64,000 bases of DNA from NCBI GenBank assembly GCA_951406725.2, contig OX597824.1, positions 58,900,001-58,964,000 of the forward strand. The letters are read 5' to 3'. Shown piece after piece: positions 51,143-64,000 of this stretch (positions within the stretch are counted from its first letter, which is position 1; every line of letters begins with the position of its first letter). The stretch is from Octopus vulgaris (Eukaryota). Below the pieces are notes generated by a model, which saw nothing but the letters and a program-made list of their open reading frames with translations, did not search any database and was not told the DNA's origin. The translations under genes were made by a program, and so were the position numbers.

Positions 51143-51460
51143 TGAAGGCGCATGGCTTTTTAGCTAGGGCATTCGGCCCATGATCGCTATATCGTGAGTT
51201 CAATTCCCAGCGAAATGTTGTGGCCTTGAGCATAGCCCTATTTCACGTTGTTCCAGTCCACTCAGCTGGCTAAAGTGAGTAGTATCTTATTTCAAAGGGC
51301 CAGCCTTGTCACAGTGTCATGCTGAATCTCCCTGAGAAATACGTTAAAGGTGCACGTGTCTGCGGAATGCTCAGCCACATGCATGTTAATTTCACGAGCT
51401 GGCTGTTCCGTAGATCGGATCAACTGGAACCCTCGTCGTCGTAACCGACGGGGTGCCAGT
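51143..51460 (+). mobile_element. tRNA-derived SINE with CORE-like body
   Basis: ggcgcatggct..gagttcaattccc, gtggccttgagca..cactcagctgg. Confidence 0.75.
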
Positions 51461-51997
51461 TATTTTTAAGTATCTTTTAATATTTACCGTCACTACCACA
51501 AGCATCCCAACTATTGTACAATGAGCTTGAGAAATAGTCTATTGATCGTCGCTAGAAACTGCTAAAATTAACAGCTAAGCCTCTTCGACACTTACCTCAC
51601 CCTCTTAAAAAAGTAGAACCTAGATATTGTACTCCTGATTTTTTTATACAGAAGAAAAATACTGGATGGTCACGGCTAGGAAGCTTTTGGTTATAGGTCT
51701 CCTGGATCAGGTCTGACTTGGAGTTAAATAGCTATTGTCCCTATCATTCACTCTAACAATTCTATACAATGGATCTGGTAATGAAAGGATGTTTCTCATT
51801 GAATCTGAAATAACCTGATAGAATATTATTTAACAGTGAATCCCCAATATCATCTATCACTTCCTTCTTCGATTTCTTTAACAACACTTCATTCTGTAAG
51901 TCCGTCCACCAACGCACTATCTCAATCTCTCTCTCCTTCTCCCTCTCCCTCTTTCCCTTTCCTTCTCCCTCTCTCTCTCTTTCTCTCTTTCGCTCTT

Positions 51998-52029
<32 letters not shown>

Positions 52030-52487
52030 CATATCACTGTAAATATGCCTGAATGTGTGTATGTATGTATGTGTGTGTGTGTGTGTCTGTATGTGTGTGT
52101 GTGTGTGTGTGTGTGTTTATGTATCTGCCCTTCTATAATCCCACTCTATTACTTTCGCTCTCTAGCTTTCTCATTTTCTTATCAGCAATAAAACATTGGA
52201 TGAAATATCAAACTCACTTCGTGATAGCTCGACCGATTCGGGTAATTATTCCACTGGCTATTATATCATATTACACCGCCTACTACTTTCGCTGCCTCAA
52301 CACGTAAACGGACCGTTGCAATATGGAAAGGAAAGAGAAACTGCATTTTGATCCGACTACAATATTTGATCCTCTTAGACTGGTAACTATGACAATAGTG
52401 ACCCTACAAGCGGGGGGTGTGGTGGAAATATCCCACAAAAAACAAGCGCATATACAAATCAAATACAGTCACAATAATAATAATAAC

Positions 52488-52553
<66 letters not shown>

Positions 52554-53352
52554 GAAATCTTGCAAGATTCTGTCGGTGTGAATGGAGGTTATAATTGGAG
52601 ATAGCAGTTCTTTTTGTCTGTAGCTATAATAGTTGTTATTCTTGTAGCCGTTGTTGCTGTTGTTCTTGTTCTGTGATATTGCTGTGTTTACTGGTCGTTG
52701 TCATGTGAATGTGATAGCGCTAATAGAGAATGTGGTTGTTGTGAGAAGCTTGCAGTCACACTCAACGCAAACATAACGTAATCAATATAGGAACTTAACA
52801 ATTTATAGTTGTTTTTGAATATTTTGTAAAACGGTTCTTCTTTTCTTTTACCATTTTCTTTCTTTTCATTCACCAAAAGTGAATAACATGTCCAAAATTG
52901 ACTAACTGACCCCACCAGCAACGAATGACTCTGAAAGATTGCTTAAGCTTTTGGAAAAAAATAAAACTGATTTTACCACCTTTTTCTTTTTTTTCCTCTT
53001 TTTTTCCGTGTAACCAGATTACAAAAACACATCGAAAGAAAAGTTTGGAAGAGTAACTCTGCTTGGATCATAAAGGAAGACTATTCTCTTATTTAGAATG
53101 TCATTGATGTAGATGTTGTAGTTTAACCCCCAGCGCAGCCCTGATCAAAATCAGTTCATCCTTGACCATCGAAGCTCTTTATTTTTTTTGCCAAAGAAAA
53201 AAACTATCAATGTAAAACTGGAACGTCCAATTCTTTTCTTCGGACAGTAAAATTTAATTTGAGCGAGATTTGGCAGCTATTCCTAGTTAAGAGAACTGAA
53301 ATATCACAAATAGAGTTAAGAGAACTGAAATATCACAATGTAGAAATATCTA

Positions 53353-54130
53353 CAGGGTAAGTGAAAAGTAAATAGGCATTAAAAATTGGTAATAAAATTT
53401 ATATTCCTTTTATAAATTTATTGTAAAAAAATATACATGTTCTTTATTACATGGGAAAATGAAAGTAAATCATTATTTTACCGTAAGCAACGGTGGCGTC
53501 AACCAGTTTCCTCAAACGGCCAAAGATGGAATGAACAACCTTCTGAAGGACGTCAACTGGGATATCATTGCGAACGTCCTGAATCCCTGTCTCAAAGTCT
53601 TCCAGTGCCCGAGGTTTCGTCTTGTACACCTCTTTTGTGTAATCCTACAGGTAAAAATCACATGGAGTGAGATCTGGACTTCTTGGAGCTCATTTCCATT
53701 CCGCGCTCACAGTCTTCAGGTTTTAGCTCCTGCACGTAATTGGGTTTCCACGGGTGAAAATTAAAATCTTTATGCAACATATTGTGTGTCTTGTTAGTCT
53801 ATTTCACGAGCTGCTTCACGTGTTGATTTTTGTGGGCTGCGATTAAACATTTCCTGCACTATTGCCACGTTCTCCGCTGATCGAGATGTGGTTAGACGGT
53901 CACTACTTCTTGCATCGTTCACAGAGCCCGTGGTCATCAGCTTTGCATGACAACTTCCTATTGTCTCTGAACGTAGTGTTGCAGGCTTACCTTTCTCTGC
54001 ACGCCACCATCTCTGAACCAAAACAATGAAACTCCACACTTCAATGCGTGCTGCTATCATAGCTCACTCCTGAAGAGTCAAGCGACTAGCCATTTGAAAA
54101 ATAAGAAACAGAAAATAAGTGAATAAAAAA
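53353..54130 (-). mobile_element. Tc1/mariner transposon, internally deleted
   Basis: ta|cagggt terminus; N-terminal HTH TGSVND..RSPQKSTR; RSPDLTPCDF..VYKTKP. Confidence 0.82.
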
Positions 54131-54174
54131 ATAAGAAATCCCCATTAGTGTTGTCTGTTTAAAAAATGTTTTCG

Positions 54175-55518
54175 TCATGACTTAGGGATACTATCAATGT
54201 AACTCATCATTTCTTTGTAGACGACCAGAAGATTTATGCCAAAAGTGTTAACAATGCTAAAAAGCAACTGGAATTAATAACATTTTCAGTTGATATTCGC
54301 ATGGAATTTGGCCAAAAGAAATGTTCATATTTGGTAAGAGAACGAGAGAAGTCAGTCCCTCAGACCCCAAACCTGTGCATCAACGGTCTCTCTATTACCC
54401 CCATTCCAAACACAGAATGTTACAAGTACTTAGGCAGAGATGAAAGTGTTTCATATGAAAGCACTGTGAATAAAGATAGAATGACCCAAGAATATTACAC
54501 TAGACTTAGGAAAATATGGCAGTCGGAACTCTCCTCTTATAACAAAACAATACCCCACAGTGCATTTGCAGTACCAGTGCTGATCTCAATATTTGGGATA
54601 CTTGATTGGTCTATAGAGGAAATCCATTCAATAGATATCAAAACCCGCAAACTCCTGACAACAGCTGGGAACGTCCATAGAAACAGAGTGATGTTGACAG
54701 GCTCTACCTAAGAAGAAATGAAGGTGGTAGAAGCCTGAGATCACTACAGACGGCCTTTGAATGTCGTATGGTATCACAGAAGCAACACCTGCTAAACAAC
54801 AGCAGCAAAAAGTGCAACTGCATGTGTAGGCTGTGTCATGTTTCTGTGGATGACATTACGCATGTAATTAGCAGTTGTTCTAAAATGTCGTCTCGGCAAT
54901 ACCTCCCTATGCGGCACGATGTTGTTGCTAAAACGATTTACAATGCTATCCGCAAAAAAGACTGTCCTGAAATAAACTTAGAAAATCCTTGTTCTTGAAT
55001 ACATTCATAAACGTCAACTCGAGGAATACTGGTGGAATACTCCCATCAAAACTTCTGCCAAATGTAAGCATAACAGACCGGATATTGTTGTTTGGGACAA
55101 AGGAGCAAAGGTATCTACCATCATTGGTGGTAGCTGATTTGCAGATATAAATATCTGTTCGATAATCAAAGAAAAAGAGGGTATCTATGGACAACTGCTT
55201 CGAAATATCCAGCTTCTATATCTAGACTATGAATTCATATTCATACCAATAATAATTGGAGCACTAGGTTTTGTTAGTAAATGCTTAAAGGAGAATCTGG
55301 ATAAACAGGGATTTTCAGAAAGAGAAATTGACCGGCTGATTCGTACATTACAAGTTCAGTCTGTGAGTAGAACAGTAAAAATGTGCAAGACATTTCTCAA
55401 GTTCCAAATATGAATTTGTCTGTGTTGCCTATATTCCAATGATGGAGCCTTGTATCTTTGTTGGAAACCGGCTCACTCCTCACTGGAAGATTTATAATAA
55501 TTTAAAAATAGAAGAGAT
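54175..55518 (+). mobile_element. (CATA)n-tailed RLE LINE (R2/R4 group), truncated and deleted
   Basis: HHFFVDD, MEFGQKKC, YKYLG, CRLCH..ITHVISSC..RHD, KHNRPDIVVWD; tail at 55519-55572. Confidence 0.88.
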
Positions 55519-57348
55519 ATGCATGCATACATGCATACATACATACATACATACATACATACATACATACATAGCTGTGTTGTGTCGTTCTTATGTGTAA
55601 TGAGGCGCCTACTGTGTTTTGAACCATTTCGTTCAGGTTCCTCGACTAAAGACTATGGCTTACCATAAAACCATAAAATGCAGCACACAGATTAGAACAT
55701 TTAACTTTCTCGCTATTCAAGACATTAACGCATAGGAGAACATAGCTCGGTAAGCCAGCATTGCCTGACTTGTTACAGTTGACGTGATAAACTTCAAAGG
55801 GAGAATGAAAGCTTTTTCGCTTAATAACATGATCAAAAGTTCAAGAATCTTGATAAATATTATAAAAATGGGGAATTCAGCTTCAGAGCAAAACCACCAG
55901 GAATCCATTTGGAAACATGCCGCTTTGTCTGTAAGGTGGTTTCTCACCCTCTTCAACTTTTCATTACTTCGCATGTCTGTCATGTTCGATATTTTCCGGT
56001 TTTGGTTTGAAATATCGAATCACGCACACATTAAATATATGCAGTAACTCTAACTCTTTATACTTATTCTGTCTTCAGTGTCTATGAACAACATCCATAG
56101 CATTATCTAGCGTGTTGTATCATTGGAAGATTCCTAACAACTCCATTCGTTATTTCATGAATGTTCTTCCATTAAATCAAATATTTGTATAAATGTAGAT
56201 ATAAAAGCTCTGTGTTTGTATGAAAAATCAAATAAATATTAATGATGTCGGTCTTGTCTTCACATACAACCTACAATATATTGTGAACGATGAATTAATG
56301 ATTAAAGCACACTAAATCTGCACACTCTTTCATGTGTATATTTACAATATTTACACGTAGGTATACCTAATATATATGCATATATATGGCTATATGCAGG
56401 GGCATAAGATAGATAGAGAGAAAGATAGAGAGAGAGGGGGAGTGAGAGAGCGAGAGAACGTGTGTGCCTGTGTGTGTACGTGGTGTATTAATATTTCCTC
56501 TCCCATCATCATCTCTCTTGTTCTTTTTCTTTTCTTGCTGTTGTTTTTCGTTTTGCTTCCACTTTTTACAGAGAATATATTCTACACTCATGATTCCGTA
56601 TTTTCAACTTCTGTAAAATTGGTGGAGAATTTTTGAGTTCCTACAGGTATATAGAGTATTTTCTGTATTTGGTAACACACAAAATGCGCGAGTATATTAT
56701 ACACAGCTCAGTTTAGGGCAGCGAATATTCAAGAAATTAGAGCATTCAAGCTTACGGGAGGCCCACCTACGGATATAAGACTGGGGTGATTGAGGCATTT
56801 TTTCTAAGTGCATCTTATATGCCTTCAAATGCAGTACATTGTATGAATTGGACTCCTCACTGAATATACTTTAAGCAAACTGAAATTTAATGGCTGTCAT
56901 GCGTAAGTGTCCTATGTACAAGTATTTTCATTTCTTTTATGCTAGCTAAATGCATTGCCAATTGGCTCCTGTCATCAGTTCAAGTTCATTAGGTTGAACC
57001 GAGGGAGTGGCGGAGATCACTGTGTCCTTGAGCAAGAGATTATTGCAAGTTACTGCGGTCTACTCTGTTGGAAAGGAATAGTAGCCGAGTACTGGTGCTG
57101 TCTTCTCTACTCCTTGTTGTCATATCTATGATATTCCACTGGGTCAAGAATGAGCGAGCCAGAGCGAGCCAGAGCGATTATATCGGTACTTATAATAACT
57201 AGCGAAATTATCACACTAGCTATCAAGTGGTAACTGACACCTAATCGTTTCTACACAGTCACACACATACGTATATGAATGTGAATGTGTGTGTATATGT
57301 ATATATACACACACACACACACACATATTTATATGTGTGTATTTATAA

Positions 57349-57426
<78 letters not shown>

Positions 57427-57434
57427 ATTTTTAT

Positions 57435-60360
57435 TTTTCATATACTTAGAGAGGTTTCAGCCAGAATTGTTCCAGGCCATGTCTGATTTAATAGCATCAC
57501 CTGGAAAAGACATTTAGTGATGTTTCATATTGCAGCCATTCTTAGGGCACCATAGCCAATTCCAGAAAAGAGTTATTGTTTGCAGAGATATATCCCTAAG
57601 AAGGTGGTTTCTCTGAAATTTATTGGATACATTAGCTCAGGACCCGTTTGAATGTTATGAGAACGTTTTCTTCTCTTAGTTGTCTATGAGCGATATTAAA
57701 GAGAGCAGGATCAGTTGAGATGAAATAATTCTTAGTGTTATAATGTGATGCGAGCGTGAATTTTGTAGAGAACAGGTGGCACGGAGACCAAGCCTAGGAA
57801 GAATTTTAAAGTTGATGACAACATTATTTGGGTAGTGCTGCTGAATTATTTTCCACATAACACGAATGATATAGCGCTCACGTCAATGTTGGTGGGAATG
57901 AAGTTTGAGTTTCTCGAGACGATTCCAATATTCAAGACCAGTCATGATGTCCATTTTCTTTGTGATTGATCTCTGGAGTGCTTCAGTTTTTATAATGGTA
58001 ATTTGTTTCGTGAAGGGAGGCCACAGCAGCAACCGTACTAAAGGTGAGAAAGGGCGAAAATAGAGAAGAGAAGGATAATGGTAGAAGCATATCAATACTG
58101 AAAAGGACTGAAGATGCAAGAACACTCCCTACAGACCATGTCAGCTTTGTTGTTTATGCTAAAGTTGTTATCAATAGTTACTATGAAATCTGTAAAGGTG
58201 TTTCATGCTAAAGGCTGTCGCTCGAGAGAAGTGTGTATGGTAGATTAATTGCAGCCTTTTTACTGAAGTGGATTAATTCAAATTTAGATTTGTTTAGTTG
58301 CATATTGCGTTTTTTGGCCCATCGCATTTCAGCGAGCTGATCCGAATGGAGATTTGTCCGGTCTCCTAACTTGCAGATGACCTTCAGAAGCTTAGAATCC
58401 TCCATGATAATTCCAGTGCTGCTGTGTTTGATGACATCAATAATGCCATTGGTATAAATAATGAAAAAGTGTGGACCCAATGCAATGTTGTGCCGAGTTT
58501 GATTTATCACCACTGATCACTGCATGCTAGGTTCCGTTCACAAGAAAACATTCAATCCACTTTATTAGTTCTCCTTGGACCCCATTGTTTGATATTTTCT
58601 TTAATAGGAAGATGTGGTCAACCATGTCGAAGACCTTGATTTAGTTCAGATAAATGATATCTACATTGGAGCTCTCTCCCAAAGCCTTTGGGATGTCATC
58701 AATGTGATGCACGAGCTGTATTAAGCAGTCCTTACAATTGTGGAGACCATGCTGGCTGGGAATAAGTAGGCTGTTATTTTCCAAGAAGTGAGTTACTCGA
58801 GATCTCATCACCTTCTCAAATTATTTGACAATGTGTGAGGTAAGTGAGACCGGTCGATAATTCACTGCCAGCAATTTGTTGCCCTTTTTGGAAAGTGTGC
58901 TAGGAAATTATCGGGAATTTGTCCAGCGTCCAGTGATTTCCTCCAGAGGATGGCTGAAGGGAATGCCAATTGACGACGGTTCTCCCTTTGGAATCTAGCG
59001 GGGAACCTGTCTGAACCTGCATCGTGGTTGTTTGTAATTTATGTATATCGGATAGGGTGAGCTGGGGATTCGTTTCACCGATGCTGTCAGGATAAACCTA
59101 TTGGGATTGCTGAAAGTGGAGCAGTATTATTTCTGAAGAATCTCAACCGTATCTTCTGTACTACTACGCAGAGTGTCGTCAGAGGTTCAACAGATGAGAC
59201 AGCAAGCTTATGCTTTTGCCGAATGCAAAGAACATGCTGGGATTTACATTTATTTTCTAAATGGCCCATTTTTCTTCTGCTCTCCTTTGACAATCGATGA
59301 TAGTTTCCGTGCAGTTTTGAAGATGATGTTTCTTTGATTCCAATAAAGCTACGTCTGTCAAATGTAGGCCTTGCAGCTAGTAATATTACAGCCGGTTGAT
59401 TTTTCGATTGATTCTTTTTATTTATTTCACTAGTGTTCTTCTATTACGTAGGATACTGTGTTTAGTTTCGCTCATGCACCGTAGTTGAGTGTGGTGTGAA
59501 CATATATTTGTGACAATTCCCACAAATAGCTGCCAGCATGTGTTTATGCTGCTTGGGATGAGAGAGTAAGTGAAAAGCCAATCAACGAGTGTAAGATCGT
59601 GGGTGATTGCCTTCTAGATAGCATTGTATAGATCCATGAGGTGAAAATGGTATGCTGGAGTGACTTTTGATTGCCGGAATCTCAAATAACAGAGGTCGTG
59701 TTCGGAAAAGAGAGTTTTTTTCTACCATAATATTATGGGTAGTATTTGTGTGGTTATTAAATCCAATGTGTTTTTTTTTCTTCGTTGTTTCTCGCTGGTG
59801 CGAGTACAAGCTCTGACTGGAAACGATTCATTCATGAATTCGAAAATTGATTCTGCTACTGCTTTTTCCGAGGTTAAAATGCACACACCTACCTTCAAGT
59901 AGATCAGACAAAACAGGGGAAACTAAAGTAGCTTATTTTTAAGACACTATCAGACTAGCAATGTTGAGTGAAAAACTTAATAGTGATGAGGCATTTTTGA
60001 AACCCAGTAATGGGGCTTGGGATGAGCTGCAGAGCGCAAATATTGTTAAATCACTAGTCTTTTTTTTGTACACTGTCAATGATTCACAATTGCCACTGGA
60101 GAATGAAACATTTGTATCTACTATAAATGAGTCATGAAGGAAAACAGCAACTCCCTTTCTTCTACCGGTGCAGTCTGTGCGGAAGGGAGTATAATACTTC
60201 ACTTTTATTTCACCTTCAAAAAGAAATTTGTTAAGATAACTCTCAGTAAGAACGAAGAAGGAATATGCTGAGGGTAGTTGCAAGGTTTGAATGAACTGAG
60301 CCTTCGATCTTTTTGAATTAATGCTTGCAGCGTTCAACAAAAATGTTGAGATTTTAATAG
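57435..60360 (-). mobile_element. CR1-group LINE ORF2, heavily decayed
   Basis: APE motifs LLNAASI, FVLTESYL, RRKGVAVFL; RT motifs NYRPVSLTSHIVK, QHGL, VFDMVDH, LGPHFFIIY; LEYWNRLEKLKL. Confidence 0.82.
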
Positions 60361-60445
60361 TGCTGCAAAGATACTTATGGTTTACTGGCAGCGAGGCGAG
60401 TAGTGTTTTTGCACTATGTATACAAATATACATACATGTATACAC

Positions 60446-60476
<31 letters not shown>

Positions 60477-60589
60477 TGTATGTATGTATGTATGTATGTA
60501 TGTATAGATATATAGATATATATATATGCATGCATATATATCCATATAGATTCATACATACGTACAAGTATGCATACATATATACATAC

Positions 60590-60795
60590 TTAAGTTCCAG
60601 ATTCGGTAATATTGCGGATAAAGGGTTCAACGTCGGTTCTATGTCAGCGTGTGTATATATGAATTTTTTGCGTAATAGATAAAAAAAGCCAAGGCTGTAT
60701 AGATATTAGAGCATTTATAGATATCTATAAATGTTCTAATATCTCTACAGCCTTGGTTTTTTTTTTATCTCATTACGCAAAAATCTCATATATAC
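60590..60795. repeat. Spacerless palindrome (~70-bp arms) with left tail, in TA-rich repeats
   Basis: Centre gat|atc at 60722/60723; ttttgcgtaat..aaggctgta / tacagcctt..attacgcaaaa. Confidence 0.88.
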
Positions 60796-60879
60796 AAATA
60801 TATATATATTTACATAATACATACAAGCATACGTACATACATGCATGCATACACTCATATACGCATATTCGTGTGCTAT

Positions 60880-61760
60880 AGTGGAGGTGGTAGTATAGTG
60901 ATAGTTGTCTTCGTGATAGTGGTGGCGGTACTGCTTGTGGTAATGGTGGTAGTGGCGATGTTGATGTTAGCAATGCTGGTATCGGTGATAGTGCCAGTGG
61001 TTGAGGAGCTTGCCATGGTTGCACTGGTACTACTGGTTGCTATTGCAGTAGTGATAGTTGTGGAGCACATAGTTGCCGTTGAGGTCGTGATTGTGCTGCT
61101 GATTGCTGCTGTTGTATCTTATTCGATTGCTGTGGTGGCTATTTCTGCTGTGGCGCTGGTGGTACTGATGGTACTGGTGATGCTGGTGGTGCTGGTGATT
61201 GCTGCTGTTGTGCTTCTTGTTGTTATTACTGTTGTTATCTGCAGCAAACAGTGTAAATGTTTACATTATGCTGTCGTCCATTGGTACAGCCTCATAGCCA
61301 AACAGTAACATTACACCAAGCTGCGTCATCCGGCAACCATCCAACTCAGCCCAACCCCTGAACCCCTTTGCATATCCAGACTCTGCACTTCGACATCCCC
61401 CACTTTACTCCAAACATTAACTGAACCAAACGCCACCACCACTATCACCACGCCCAAGGCCACTCTCACCGACGCCACCATCCCCCTCCCACCAGCAACA
61501 ACACTATGAATACCAACAATGCCAACATCAACACAAACTCCAAACTAACAATAACATCAGCAACATCACAAGTACACCACAACGGCAAAGCTAACAACAG
61601 CATCATCATTACCAATGCCCCGAACACCGCCACCAACTCCAACACTACAACAAACACAACCAACAACAATACCAATACGAACACCACTATCACTACCCTA
61701 CTCACATCTGCAATTTTATTATCCCACTACAACACCACACCGCAACTACTACCCCTACTC
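60880..61760. repeat. Degenerate trinucleotide tracts (GT-rich, then CA-rich)
   Basis: Low-complexity GTG/GTT at 60880-61240 and CAC/AAC at 61430-61760. Confidence 0.75.
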
Positions 61761-62774
61761 CTAAATCCCATACACACATAGTTCTACAGACTTACATACT
61801 CAGATAATCCACGTAGCATCGCTAATACATCAATCCAAAGGAGTTTTGTATGTGTTCACTCACCCTGCTAGAAGTAAGAACGAAATCCATCTTAATCCAT
61901 GCCCATCGTCAATGAAGAGAGGACACATTATATAATACAGTTCCAGCTGCATCTGAATGCAAAATGATGGTCACACTTTTAGTCTCATTGATTTTGAGTG
62001 TTCAGGATGATAGGTGACCTAGAGCTAAAGTACAGTAGCACACTATCACGCAGTCAAACCTGCCCACCTTCTTTTCCTCGGTAAGGCAAGCAAAGAATGT
62101 CTTGACATATTCACGTTGTCCATTTCACGTAGATTCCATTTCAAATAATGCAATATATATTGTCACCTGACGCAAATTTAGCAGCTATTTCTTGCACGGC
62201 GAGCAACCGTGAAGTATAGGGTCATCAGCTAGTAAACATTAGTGGGCCCAGGACATAAATATAGTCGATACGGTGAATGAGAGCGCAGTAAGACCCGTGG
62301 GAACGATGAACCCGTAAATGAGAGACTCCAAATTCATCTTTATTGTTTTAGCACCCAATTTCTATTGAGAGACAACCAAATAAGTGTCAAATATTGTCAG
62401 TGTCTAGTGAATTCTAAGGATAGCGGAATGTTCAAGGAAAAAACTACTTCAGGATATTGGAGCAGAGATCCAAACATGGTTTCTTGTTAAACTCCACCAA
62501 TTCGCCAAAGATTTTCGGATCTAGTTTCCACTCCAACTGTCCTATTTATGCGTTGTTACTGAATCCAAGTGATCCAGAACGAGAAATTGTAGATGATACT
62601 GTACGAAGTTTCACGTAAACATATTGTCGTGAGAATCGCACGCTTTTGCGAAGTACAAGACGACAGATTTGGAGAAGAGGTACTAGTGAAAAAAAGTAAT
62701 CGTCATAACGGTTACTAACGACAGTACTGATAAAACTTATAATAATTACCAGTACCATCACTGGCTGATATAGT

Positions 62775-63265
62775 ATCAGATACTGGCTCTCATGGCTTCT
62801 GATCTTAACTGATTGGAAGTGTTATCATGTATATGTTTTGTCATGGAGTAAAAGATGGGCTACAGCAAATATTCTGCCCAGTACCACAAATTAGTTTGTC
62901 AGTTGTTTGACCATAACCAGTTGAGCATACCCCTTAGTAGCTGACGATATGTGCATCTCTGATCACGAACAGACGTAGTGGTGGATGAATTCTTTGGGGT
63001 TTGAATAATTCACCTCTGGAAACATGGATATTTCGTTCAACATCCTTAAACAACTCTTATTCAAGGACTGTTTGAGCGGGATGGGCTACTCGACCTCAAG
63101 AAAATTCTAACTGGGCTCCACCTGCAAGGTAGTGCTTGATATGAGATCATCATGTTGCGCACATATGGTTGTGATGCATGTGCCTGGTGTACCCATATCA
63201 GATGAGTAGACATGATGGGTATATTGGGCTTCGTATATTTTACCCCAGTGTCACTTTGATGACAT
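62775..63265. mobile_element. Third, inverted and older copy of the ~540-bp repeat
   Basis: Reverse complement of 39239-39780. Confidence 0.85.
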
Positions 63266-64000
63266 ATATATTCTTTTTGGGCTAGTGGCCTACATTGACT
63301 GGTAATATGCCATACGGTTTCACCATTTTGTCCACAAATTCTGTACTTGCCACTTTCTGATGTGTTGTTTATTCTGTATTTGATGTAATTGGTTCTTAAT
63401 GCTTGCTCTTCAACGGCACAGATTAAAACCTCCGTTTTCAGTTTTCAAAAAAAAAAAAAACAGAAACAATGTTTTAAATCACTTTTAGTTATCTATAGTC
63501 ATCTTTTTCTCTGTCTCTTTTATCTTCAACATTCCTATGAAATTATCCATGCATTCTTTTCTTTATCTACCTATTTTCAGTTTCATTCATTCTCATGTGC
63601 TTGTACAATGCTTTATCTTTGCAATCTTCCATCCTAGACAAGCCTGACCTTCTTACTTCCAATAATAGCAGTTCTCTGGCACCTTTTACATATCATGCTA
63701 TGTTATTTTCTTCTACTCTAATGCTGGGTTCGCATCCAATCAGTCCTCTCCCTCTCTTTTTCCTGGATACATACTGTCTGTCTGTGTCACGTTTTGGGTA
63801 GAGTATCCCATATCTAATCAGCAACTTCTTTGTCTTTCTGTCTAAGCTGTTTAGTTCGTCTACTGTCCATGCGATTACCCCTGCTCCATATCTAAAGAGT
63901 GAAACCGCCCAGATGTTGCTAGCTTCACTCGTATTCCGTCCGTTTAATTTCGACTTAAGGATCAATTTCAGTCTCCACAAGTACTCCACCTATCTCTGTC
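63266..64000 (-). mobile_element. Dong/R4-like LINE fragment
   Basis: ILKSKLNGRN, LDRKTKKLL, YVSRKKRGRGL; QALRTNYIKY..ETVWHITSQC..LAQKEY. Confidence 0.85.

Noticed and set aside
60841-61781. Hydrophobic 155-aa membrane-protein-like ORF
   Set aside because: Degenerate trinucleotide repeat with no domain or splice support

Overview
AT-rich, microsatellite-dense animal genomic DNA. The Nin-type and other tRNA-derived SINEs, Dong/R4, RTE and Penelope content point to a cephalopod, probably an octopus (inference). I found no host protein-coding exon; most predicted ORFs are translations of (TA)n, (CA)n, (TACA)n or (ATT)n. The window is a graveyard of retroelements: a near full-length Neptune-type Penelope-like element (PLE) with pseudo-LTRs, three Naiad-type PLE relics, Dong/R4-like restriction-like-endonuclease (RLE) LINEs, Tx1/L1, RTE and CR1 LINEs, Tc1/mariner fragments, a probable non-autonomous Helitron and many SINEs. 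The most notable signal is a dispersed set of short non-coding elements in (TA)n tracts, many shaped as an asymmetric fold-back (palindrome plus a one-sided tail). Together with the Neptune pseudo-LTRs they carry about a dozen type-I hammerhead ribozyme motifs read by eye. Several have non-canonical cores shared between copies (A3-U8 swap, U6, C4), and one element has hammerheads on both strands. Element boundaries are approximate, and family names come from motif recognition, not database searches.
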